DNA of 63,875 bases, counting the filler, from Conidiobolus incongruus B7586 (Eukaryota), in assembly GCA_000697335.1 (NCBI GenBank). It is 27 parts of 27 records of this genome, joined end to end, with 100 filler letters (N's around TTAATTAATTAA, not from the genome) between each part and the next. Parts side by side here need not be neighbours in the genome. Positions count along the whole stretch, not along the records: positions 28,770 to 29,807 come from JNEM01000364.1; positions 29,908 to 32,077 come from JNEM01000372.1; positions 32,178 to 39,352 come from JNEM01000392.1; positions 39,453 to 46,336 come from JNEM01000393.1; 23 more parts are not named here. One strand, 5' to 3'. The first letter of the stretch is position 1, and the number at the start of each line of letters is the position of its first letter. Position numbers and translations under genes: made by a program. The notes under the pieces are model-generated. The model made no database searches. It was not told where the DNA came from and worked only from the letters and a program-made list of their open reading frames with translations. Positions 28,770 to 40,148 of the stretch are shown here, in pieces.

Positions 28770-29807
28770 TAATTATAAAAACCAGGTAAATATTAACTTA
28801 ATTATTATTATTAAAGATAATAAATAATTTATTAAATTATTTTAAAAAATAATACCAAATAATAATTTCTTTATTTTAATTTAAGAAGAACACTTTAAAT
28901 TATTAAAAAACTAATTAAAATATATTAGAAAATTTAAAATTATTGATAAATTGTTATACTATAGTAATTGCTTATATACTTATAATATTCTTAAGATTTA
29001 ATAAGCAATATTTAATAAATGTTATAATTTACTTATTAAAGGATATTATAACTAATTAAAAATTATTAAGAGAATTAAAAAAATATTAATAATTTTCCTT
29101 AATTAATTTAAAAATAAACTAATACTTATAATATATGCTAAAAAATTAAATATAATACCTAATGAAAATATGGTAAACTTATTCCCTTATAAGTTTTGAA
29201 TGAAATTTAATAATAAATATAAATTATTTTGATTAAAATTCTCAAATTAGCAATTAATTATGATGATTTAAAAATTTTTATTAATTTATTCTTTAAATAT
29301 ATTTATTTTATTCTTTATTTTAAAACTTTTATAACTAAAGATATTATACAATTATTTTTTTAATATTTTTACTTATTATAGAACTCGTCATACTATTATT
29401 TCTAATAGAAATATATTGTTCAACTATGAATTTTAAAAGTTATTATTCTTTTCCTTTAAGATTAACTTAATTATGTCTATTACTAATTATCATTAAATTA
29501 ATAAACTTATCAAAAAACTATTAAAACCTTAAAATAAATGATTAAAGTTTATATTTACATTAATGAATTAAATTAAGATATTTATATCTAATATATTTAA
29601 TGTTCATTTAATATCTTTATTAGTAAATCAATTAGTTTTAGCTTTTATTTCATCAATTATTAAAAATATCTTAATTTAATAATTTCTTTAAAGTTTTAAA
29701 TTAACTGATTTTTAAATATTATTAAATTCTAATCTATTATTAAATATATTAATTCCTTTATTAAATTTAATTTAGAAGAAAATTAAAAGATTATAAAACA
29801 ATAATAT
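28770..29807 (+). mobile_element. Second, different Gypsy integrase relic
   Basis: KPGK linker at the start, IISNRNILFNYEF* (IISDRD..F...FW) and MSITNYH*INKLIKK (MSTANHPQTDGLTER). Confidence 0.72.
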
Positions 29808-29907
29808 NNNNNNNNNNNNNNNNNNNNNNNNNNNNNNNNNNNNNNNNNNNNTTAATTAATTAANNNNNNNNNNNNNNNNNNNNNNNNNNNNNNNNNNNNN
29901 NNNNNNN

Positions 29908-31919
29908 AAATAAAAAACTATGGTATTTAAACTAATTTTAACCTAATATAAAATTATAACTAATATTACTAATTAAAAATTTAATATATTAGGAATAATT
30001 AAGAAATAGTAATAAATATTTAAATATAGTATTAAATGCTTATTCTATAAAATTATTAATATATTTAATTATTAAGCTATTTTTTTAGATAGGTAAAGAT
30101 AGTTTTATAACAATAAATAAAAAATAATATATTTAAAACAACTAGAGTTAATTAAAATATTAACAAGCATATCTATAAAATATTTAATTAAAACAAATAA
30201 TAAAATGATAGGTAAAGGTAAAAATTTATAAGATAATTTAATTATTAGAATATTTTTAGTTTCTGGTAGTTTAATTAGTTAAATCTCTTTAATATATATA
30301 ATCTAATTTATAGAATCATTAGTTTATTAGAATTTTTGTGGATTAAATTGAAATTTGTTAATTAATTATAAAAGAAGTAATTTTAAAATAATATTAGTAT
30401 TATTCAAGTTTAATTTGTGGTTGGTAAATTAAAATTATTAAGAATTAAACAAATGTTGCCTTTTGAAAGTATATTTATTAACTTTATAATTAACTAAATT
30501 CTTTTAACAACAGTAATAACTTTTATTTACTTTTAAATAAGCTTTAGCTTTTTTACTAAAAATTTTTTTATAAAGTTTTAAAGCAAAAACATTTATTATT
30601 TGAGATTAAAGTAAGTAAAAATAAGTTTTAAAAGATTAATTTTTAAGATTAAAAAATTTAATTATAAAGCAAAAGATATTATTAATTATAATTGCTAAAT
30701 TACAAATATTAGAAAAAAATATATTATTAAAATATTCTTTGTTAATTAACTAAAATTTTACTTAAAGATTAAACTATTATAATAACTTGTAGATCTATTC
30801 TTTTTTAATAATATTTAATATATTTAAATATATTTTATTAAATTTCTCAATTAATTACCTTGTAGAAGTTTTTTGTTTAAGTTAAGAAAATTTTTTTCTT
30901 GTTATTTAAACTTAATCTTTTAATTACTACCTTTCTTTAAAAGTTTTTTCTAACTATTTAAAGGTTTGTATTTTTATAGTAAATAATCCCTTTAAAAACT
31001 CTTTAGGATTAAACTTATAATGAGTTAGCTATTAAATATAAGTAAAATCTTCTAAAAAAATGGTTAATTTAAAGATATTTTTTAATTCTTTATTAAAAGT
31101 GAAATTAAAATAATTCTTTATATTTTTAAGATAGTTTTTAAGCTTATAAAGGTTTTTAAAACTGTTATAAGTAATTAGTTTATCTTTAAAAACATTAGGT
31201 AAGTGATTTAATATGTTAATAATAGTAAAATAGCTGGTTTGTTAAATTTAAGCTTTTTGAGTTATATTTTTCTTAACCAAAAGTTGTTTAATATAAGCTT
31301 TTTAAAAAGCAACAAGCTTTTAAAAATTAAAATTTTAGATTCACTTAATAATTAAGCTACTATCATCATTAAAATAATATAAAGGTATTTTTTTAATAAT
31401 ATAATAATATATAGTGTTAAATTTAAATAAAATAAATTATAGATAAAATTTAAAATAGTAATTAATAGATTTAATACAAAATATTATTAATTTCTAATAA
31501 GTTTTTAATAGTTTTATTATTGCTACTATATAAGTATAATGGTAAATACTAATATAGTATAGAGGAAAACTTAATATAAAAATAATGTAATATAAAATAT
31601 AATATTATAATATAATTATACCATATAAATATAAACAAAGTTTAATCAAACTTTAAATTAAAATAAGTCACTAATATATTAAATTTATATTAGATAGTGT
31701 TAATATATTATAATATTAATAGAATATAGTTTCAATCTTAGAAATAATAAAAAAAATAAGAAATAGTAAGAATTGAGAAAAAAAACCTAGTTTATTAAAT
31801 AATTCAATGCTATTTATATAATTAATTTAGTTTTAAAAATATAAATTAATCATATAATTTTTAATTCATTGAATTATATGAAAATATATATAAGAATTTA
31901 AAGAATTTGTCTTTTAATA
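29908..31919 (-). mobile_element. 5' half of a Ty3/Gypsy LTR retrotransposon: LTR 31919-31529, PBS ~31528-31521, gag, protease
   Basis: LTR matches the two solo LTRs. TAGTAGCA follows immediately (TGGTAGC with one G->A, an initiator-tRNA-type PBS). Protease motif MLVNILINSSCFK (ALIDSGC-like) at ~30170-30135. Confidence 0.8.
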
Positions 31920-31920
31920 A

Positions 31921-32077
31921 TATTTAAGTTTTAATTTAAGTGTTTTTTCAATATTATTTATAATAATCTTAATTATACTAAATTAACTAACTTTAATAAT
32001 TTTAAAAATCTTATAAGTTGATTTATTTTTAATATGAAGTTAATTAATATATAAGTAAATTTTTTTAAAAAAAAATT
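31921..32077 (-). mobile_element. Tc1 family A fragment, the target of the LTR element insertion
   Basis: atttaagttttaatttaagtgttttttcaatatt... matches 1078-1230 and abuts the LTR. Confidence 0.75.
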
Positions 32078-32177
32078 NNNNNNNNNNNNNNNNNNNNNNN
32101 NNNNNNNNNNNNNNNNNNNNNTTAATTAATTAANNNNNNNNNNNNNNNNNNNNNNNNNNNNNNNNNNNNNNNNNNNN

Positions 32178-32503
32178 ATAATTTATTTCTTGTCTTTAAA
32201 CTAACTTAAATATTAATATATAATTAATTAATATATTATTATATTATTTCAAGATATTTTTATATTTTAAATAATATAAAAATATTTATTATAAAATTTT
32301 ACTAATATTAAATAAAAGAATTTGATAGTATCTATTTGGTCCAAATATTATTAAATTAAATATTAGATTATAAAAAGATAATTTTTTTAATCAAAAAATC
32401 TATTATATATAATTTAAATTTATATATATTATTTTTTCAAATTAATTATATGTTTGACTAATTAAAAATTAAAAAATTTCCCATTTTTTCAAATCTAAGG
32501 TAA
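32178..32503 (+). mobile_element. mariner family B right end with well-preserved TIR
   Basis: aaaaaatttcccattttttcaaatctaagggtaa followed by TA; matches the reverse complement of the left TIR at 1674. Confidence 0.6.
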
Positions 32504-33349
32504 TACTTTGGAATTTTGTTTGTTATTAGGAAAGCATTAACTGTTAATTCTGATATAACAATTTAAGGTCGCAAAGTGTTTACTATAATCATATATTATT
32601 CGAAATACTTTAATGAATCAGAAAGAAAACTAATATATTAATATTTATTCAAAACGTTCAGTTATCAATTATGTATCCTTTAGGGTTTGTATATAAATAA
32701 ATAGTTTAATAATGTTTACCAGTTAATAATCGTTTCAATATATTAATTAATTAATTTTAGATTTATCAACAAAAATTTTAACTTTGAAATATTATTAAGG
32801 CTATTAATACCTAATTATAACTTTTATTGCCCAAATTGACTAAATATATCACTTTTATTAGATTTTAACTTGTAATTTAATAATTTAATAATTTAAAATA
32901 TTTTTGAAATTTCAATATTGTTATTAATTATAAATTTCATCTAAATATTCTCACAGAATGAAAAACATTCAATCATTAAATATCTAAATTATATAATTGA
33001 GAATAATTTGTTAGGTTATTGTGTATCATGAAATATAATATGTTAATAGACAAAAAATCATTTTCAAATTATTTAAGTTGTTAAGTATTTGTATTCTAAT
33101 ATCCTAATGCGAGAAATTTCTCAGCATCTATAAATAGTACTTTAATACATTAGATTCTAGGGTTAAAATATTTAGAAATTACGATTGTTTAATAAAAAAA
33201 TTCTGAAGACGATTAGATTCCAAGCCATCCTATTATACTCCGAGGAGTCATATAACGGATCCAAATCATTTTTTAGTCATGGTTATTCATTAATTTTATA
33301 TAAATACATTAATGTTAATTTAAACAAATCAAGCATTTACTAAATTGTA

Positions 33350-33650
33350 GTAATATATTGGGAAATTTTTCGCGGTGAAATAATTGAAAATATATTTTGA
33401 GAACTGAAAAGTTAGTATGACAATGTGTAGAATACTCGGATAGTAAATATATTAGGAAATTTCCCACGATAAATTACGATTACAATTTCAAATTTGTTAA
33501 AATGAAGTGTGTAAAATATTTGAAATATAAATATATTAGGAAATTTTCCGCGGTAAAATACTTCAAATTTATTACTTTAATCAGAAACATTTAACTGAAG
33601 ATGCCAAATAATTAATATTCAAATATAATAGGAAATTTTTCACGGTAACA
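33350..33650 (+). repeat. Four spaced copies of AATATAWTRGGAAATTTYYCRCGRT, period 84-94 bp
   Basis: GGAAATTT cores at 33361, 33455, 33539 and 33631, each followed by cgcgg, cacga, cgcgg or cacgg; intervening sequence is only weakly similar. Confidence 0.8.
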
Positions 33651-35065
33651 TGATTTGAAATCTTCTTGTACAATTTAGATTATTGTATTAAAAATTTAAT
33701 TCCAATATTAAAGTGAAGTAAATAAATAAGATGCCTAGATGAGAATTTTATAATCATTTATTTTCAATATGGAAATAAAATATTAAAAAATTCAAATTAG
33801 TATAGTTGGCATCGAAATGAAAAATTATATTGTGAATCAAATATTTGTATACATGTTTCAACGATTTAAAAAATTGAAACTTGTAATCTATATTTGATAA
33901 TTCGAAAATATAAAAATATAGCTATTTAGTTCATATAATATATTATATATATTTCATCTAAAAACAATGTTCTGAAAAATATTTCAATACATTCTTACTT
34001 GTAATGAGATAATTATGAATAATAATTAAATTATAATTAGATTCTAAAGAAATAAAATACCTTTTTAATATTATTAATACTTTATAATGCTATCAATTAT
34101 TTATATTAAAATAGTTATATAATATTATAAGAAATTATCACTCATTTGTATTATATTATCTTTATTCAATCGACAAAATATGCAATATTTTATATTATAG
34201 CTATTTTTACTTGAATATTATTTATTTTGTAGAAAATACTTAATACGATATAAATGATCAAAATTAGATAATTATAAATTGTTTATATTTAATAGAATCA
34301 TAAAATTTCTAGTAGTCTAACTAATTATTTATAAATAATGCAACAAGATATTTCATATTAAGGCTAAAGTGTTAAATTTAAAAATTTGAAAATGAGAGCT
34401 TTGGATCCATATTAAATATTCAATTTGGAACAAGTTTGCAATTAAATATAGCTTGCATCGATTCATTAAGATATATTTTCCAATGAGCTGTATTAATAAA
34501 CATAAATTTAATAAGACCTTATTAAATTTCTAACCCTAAAATATATATAATAATTTAATCAAACCACATATTAATAACTGATTTGTAAAATAATATATAT
34601 ATATATGTATGGGAAAATGATTCTGTAAATTGTAGTCAAAATAATGAATTGGCTATGTTCCTTATTGAAATAAACAAAACAATAAATTTTCAATAATACA
34701 GGAGAAATTGATAAACATATCAAAGTAAAAATCTGGCAGACATGTGTCAGGTTATTCAATTTGTATAGGTGCTGAAATTGAATGCCTTTAATATGATGAT
34801 TATATATTCCAATTATAAAGTTAAATAAAAAGTACTGACATGAATTCAGGAAATTGAGTTTTAATAAGGTTAATTGTAATAATAAATTTAATACAAACGG
34901 AACTAATATATAAACATCTCATATGGTAAATTTGTAAATAACTTAATTATCCAAATAAGTCAATCAACTATTACTGAGTGTTAAAATATGTCGAATCAAC
35001 TATATAAACATTGAATTATTAAAAATGGTTAATAATTGTTGCCTAATAGATGATAACATCTTAAT

Positions 35066-35258
35066 ATATGAAAGATAAGCAATTAATCTAGTCAACACTG
35101 ATAATTAAATTTCTCTTATGCGTACAAGTCAGCAGAATTTAAGCTGTGCATCGACCTATATTCAGTTGAATCTCAAGTATTTCATAATGACCAATACTAT
35201 ACACAATTCACTACCACAGTTAACCCATCATATTGACATATATTGATATATTCATATT
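35066..35258 (+). repeat. ~190-bp direct repeat, copy 1 (copy 2 at 36664-36856)
   Basis: Near-identical by eye, e.g. acaagtcagcagaatttaagctgtgcatcgacctatattcagttgaatctcaagta occurs in both. Confidence 0.92.
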
Positions 35259-36264
35259 AGCAATTATTAATAAACTATTACCTTTTTTAAACCCGACTAA
35301 ATCATTATTTGGGGTTAAAAGCTTTTGAAATTTTATTATAAATATAAAATATTAATTTATATGATTCAAAAAATTCAATTACAAGCATGATTTATCTAGA
35401 TTGATGAAATATTAAATTGGATATCTCACCCTAAACTATAGCATATTTGATTTAATATATTTCAAAATGTTGATAAATAATTGGAAAGAATATATTTAGA
35501 AATATTCTTATTTAAACAGTTTCAAACAATGATATTATTGATTTAAAATGTTAAATTTAATTTTCCATTATAGTTTTAAGTCCGAGTGTAAGAACATTCA
35601 AGTAATTGCATATGAGTAAACAATATAATAACTGAAAACAATAATATCCTTAGAAAATATGTTTGTCACCTATTTAAATAATTTTTAATCTTTTAATAAG
35701 GTTATCTAATGTTAAATATTGAAATATTAAAATTTAAAGTTATTTCATTTTAGTGGATAAAAAACATGCTAATTTCAAATTATAGGGGTAATATTTTTAT
35801 AATTAAAATATAAAAAAATTAATATCAATATATAAATAATAATTTACCAATTAATATATTTCAAATTATTTATAATGACATTAAAATGTTAAAGTACGAT
35901 TCGGATTAAAATTACAAATTAGAAATAACTATTGAGCATCATGTTTTGATATCACATCAAATAGCATCCAAAGATTTAATTTCCTAATAAGAAAAAAATA
36001 AGCAAATATCGACTTATAGCCATCCAAAGCTCTCGCAAAGAACATACATTGATTGGGAAATTTTTTTCGTATCCACATAAAACCAGAATTTCAAAAAATT
36101 GAATGATGACCTATTTATATTGTAGTCTTATGAAAATTAAATTCAAAGTATAGTACCTATTTAAATAATGTTTATTCACATATTGAAGTTTAAATATCAA
36201 ATAGTATAAAAGCGTAGTTAATAATGTAACATCCGACTATTGATCAATTTGGAAGTTGTCCAAT

Positions 36265-36462
36265 ATGAATTTTCCTTTCAGTACACTAAACCTTTCAAAT
36301 TTCAGATGTTTTCGATGCAAAATTCAGAGAAAAAAGTGTGACAAGCTTTTACCTAGCTGTTCAAGATGTAAAACTAAGGGTGCGAAGTGTATATATAATA
36401 ATAATACCAAAATTAAACTTTCAAAATATATGCATGAAACTGATAACAGTGTGACAAATTAA
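36265..36462 (+). CDS. Short Zn(II)2Cys6 binuclear-cluster protein (DNA-binding domain only; possibly truncated or a pseudogene)
   Basis: CFRCKIQRKKCDKLLPSCSRCKTKGAKC = CX2CX6CX6CX2CX6C. First ATG is at 36265; a TATAAA lies at ~36205. Confidence 0.75.
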   Translation: MNFPFSTLNLSNFRCFRCKIQRKKCDKLLPSCSRCKTKGAKCIYNNNTKIKLSKYMHETDNSVTN

Positions 36463-36663
36463 ATAAAACAAAGTTGGAAATAATGAATTATGGTAGAACG
36501 AAAGGTAATTATTTATCAACTAATATAATAAGATTATAAAGTTAATTGATAGATCATTTTTTAAATATAAGGAGACTATTGAAATATCTGTAATAAAAAA
36601 CAAACATACTCATATTAAATTTATCCATTATAGAAGTGGTTCAAAATATGTTAACAAGTTAAG

Positions 36664-36856
36664 ATATGAAAGATAAGCAATTAATCTAGTCAACACTGAT
36701 AATTAGATTTTGCTTATGCATACAAGTCAGCAGAATTTAAGCTGTGCATCGACCTATATTCAGTTGAATCTCAAGTACTTCATAATGACCAATGCTACAC
36801 ACAACTCAATACCGCAATTAACCCATCATATTGACATATATTGATCTATTCATATG
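36664..36856 (+). repeat. ~190-bp direct repeat, copy 2
   Basis: Near-identical to 35066-35258. Confidence 0.92.
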
Positions 36857-38897
36857 AGTGATTATAAATAAACCAATAGAATTTTTAAATTCCATTTAAT
36901 TATCATATAAGGTTAGTTTTGTTTGAAATATTTAATTTTAATATAATATGTATAATTATTCAAGTTTTGATATTAAAATTTATCATTAAAATACTTATTT
37001 AAATATATAATGTATATTTCTAATTTTGATTTAATTAATTAACATCAAGTTTGAATATATTTGATTGAAAGGATTAAGAGTCTTTGGATGAGAACGCTTT
37101 ATTCAGAATGATTAATATTTCAAGCATTGGAGCCCCTTTTCATACCTTCTCAGTTCAAAAATTAATGCAGAATATACGAAATTGGAATTCTTAACTATTT
37201 TGATCCAATGGGCTAAATATCAAATTCAATGTGTACATCTATCAAATATTATGCAGTTTATCGATAAATTAGTATATTTTTAACTGAATAATTTCTTATT
37301 CAAGCTCATCATTAGTAATTTTTGTTTTTTAATCATTCGATAATATATAATTTAAAGCTTTGGATTTAGCAATGAACATTTAGCATAGTTCAGTTATATA
37401 TCTTTAATGACTTTACATATAAAATCCAAATTGACCATAACTAATTCTCATATTATCTGATTTAAGAAATTTTGATTGAAATTCTGTGATGTAAATCTAT
37501 ATTATGTTACAAATGTATGCTTTGACAATTTTTCTCCTTAACGATTTAACTCCTATCAAAGAACACGATTTTAATCGCAACTTCTTACAAGAAATTAATA
37601 ACATAATCACTATCAAGAATGATCGAATATACCATTTACCAAACTTAATACACCCTTAATATAAATTTATATTTATGACATTATTCTTGTTTCACATAGA
37701 CAAATGAATTTTGGAGACACAATATATGATTTGATATTTCCTCAAGTCGTAACAACCCTCAATTAAAAATTTCTCATTCAAAATATTTCTTAAAAATATT
37801 CAAAAAATATCCTCAATATATAAATCTTAAAAATTTTTATTGATGAGAAAAATTGTGGATATATTAAATTGCACAATTTTTATCAATTTGGTATTATATT
37901 AATTCAACCAGAAGACCAATTATAATCATTAATCTGATCCCACCCAATCTAAGGATGTATTACCTGAAGATGGTTTTGAATTAAATAATTAAAAGCCAGA
38001 CCGATGAGTATTTTCAGTCTTTGAGTCATTTTAAACGACTACTAAGGAGGTCAAAAGGTGTATTCGAATTATAAAATAACACTAGTTATATTATATTTAA
38101 GTCAATAATCTCAGCATCTTTGCCTTTTTCTTGTTGTTTCTTAGGATTTCGAAAAAAATTGATATTGTTAAAAAACTATAATATTCTTGTATTGATTTAT
38201 ATATTTCCTTTTAAATTTTTTAGTGCGGTGGATAGATTGATGATAGAGATTTATGGTTCACAAGCAATATAAAACAATATATTCATAAAATCCTTTGAAT
38301 TATTATTTATGTAAATATTTAATAATCTTTTGTCTGATATCATATAACTTCAATTTAATATCATAATAATATTATGACATTTTACCATTGGTATTAAGAT
38401 TAAATATTAAAAAAAGGTTTTATTATATTTGATATTAATAGTATATAATTATTTATTATATTTTTGAACTTGTTATATCTTTTCAAGATTAACTTATATT
38501 TTTAAACCTATGAATTTTAAATGCAAATTGATAGTTTATGAATTATTTTAAATATTAATTAATTAATGATATATAATTATAGATTATCTGTTAAAAATTA
38601 ATTCATATTTAAAATGTAATAATGATTATTTCGATTAAACTTTCAGTATTATATATCTTAATTATTAAATAAAACTCTTAAGTATTATAAAATTCAATAA
38701 TAATAAATATTTATTAATATTGATAAAATAATAAATCTTATAAATTATTATTAATATATATATAAATATATATATTATATTTAAATTCATTTTATTTAAG
38801 ATAATTCTTTACTTATAATATAAAATAATATTCAGAAGAAATTAAATATTTTTATTTAATAAAGAAATTTATACTTATTATAATTAATGATATCATT

Positions 38898-39296
38898 TGT
38901 AAATATGGTGGTAAAATACCAATATAGTATAAAAGAAGATTTTAATATAAAAGCAGTGTAACATAGAATATAGTACTATAATATAGCTATAATATATAAA
39001 TATAAACAAAGTTTAATTAAGCTTCAAACTGGGATGAGTCACTGATATATTAGGATTTATATTAGGTAGTACCAATATACTATAATATTAACAAGAGGTA
39101 ATTTCAATTTTAGAAATAATAAAAGGATAAGAAATAGTAAGATTTGAAAAGAAAAAGAAAAACTTAGTTTATTAGATAATTCAATATTATTTATATAATT
39201 AATTTAGTAATAAAAGTATATATTAATTATAAAATTTATAGTTAATTGAATTATATAGAAATATATATAAAAATTTAAAGAACTAGTCTTTTAATA
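38898..39296 (-). mobile_element. Solo LTR with 5-bp target-site duplication (tcatt/ttatt)
   Basis: Reverse complement of the 22197 LTR; intact ...TTACA end at 38898; flanks 38893-38897 tcatt and 39297-39301 ttatt. Confidence 0.85.
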
Positions 39297-39609
39297 TTAT
39301 TAAAAAAAACTTTATCATTAATATTGCTATTATATTAATATTTTTTGATAATNNNNNNNNNNNNNNNNNNNNNNNNNNNNNNNNNNNNNNNNNNNNTTAA
39401 TTAATTAANNNNNNNNNNNNNNNNNNNNNNNNNNNNNNNNNNNNNNNNNNNNTAATTATAATATTATATTCTTTTTTATTTATGTTTAAAAGTAAATTAA
39501 TTAATAACAAGTTTTATATTATTTTTTAAATAAAATAATTATTAATTAATGATTTTTTTATATTTTGAAATTATTAATATAATATAATAATTACAAAATA
39601 TATATAATT

Positions 39610-39950
39610 AAAATTATAAAATATTTTCCATATAAAAAGAATTAAAAAAAACTACCATATCTAGTATACTCACTAGATTACAATATATATGATTATAACT
39701 GTTTTGGGTAATTAAAAAATATATTTACAAAAAAAAATCCTTGAAAACAAATTAATTTATTAAATATCAAATATCAGTCATTAATAAAAAAACTATTTTT
39801 AAGCATTAGAATCTTGTTAAAAGTATGTGAAAAAGCTATTAATAATAAGAAAGAGTATTAATTTTATATTATATAACTAATTTTATAAATCATATATTAA
39901 TTATATTATTTAATTTTGATTTTAAATTTTATCATTATTTAATTTCAGAT
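39610..39950 (+). mobile_element. mariner family B 3' fragment
   Basis: aaactaccatatctagtatactcactagattacaat...tgattataactgttttgggtaattaaaa corresponds to the LP(H)(P)VYS(P)DYN..DYNCFG(Q)LK region. Confidence 0.75.
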
Positions 39951-40148
39951 TTTATAATTAAAACTGTTGATGATTAAATATCTTTGAATTTTATTGATTG
40001 TAATTAATATATGGATATTATAATTATAAATTGATATCAAATATAGCAGTGATATATCATTATTAAAATATAAAAATCTTTAACTCAATATTTATTTTAA
40101 AAATTAAATATTTATTAAATTACTTAATTAAATAGATTGTTTCTTAAT

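Noticed and set aside
33350..33650. CRISPR array
   Set aside because: Eukaryotic context, degenerate repeats, spacers partly similar to each other, and no cas genes.
34530..34539. CTAACCCTAA as a telomerase RNA template or telomere seed
   Set aside because: A single 10-mer with no supporting structure; a similar TAACCCTAAC occurs by chance inside a Tc1 copy (~63709).
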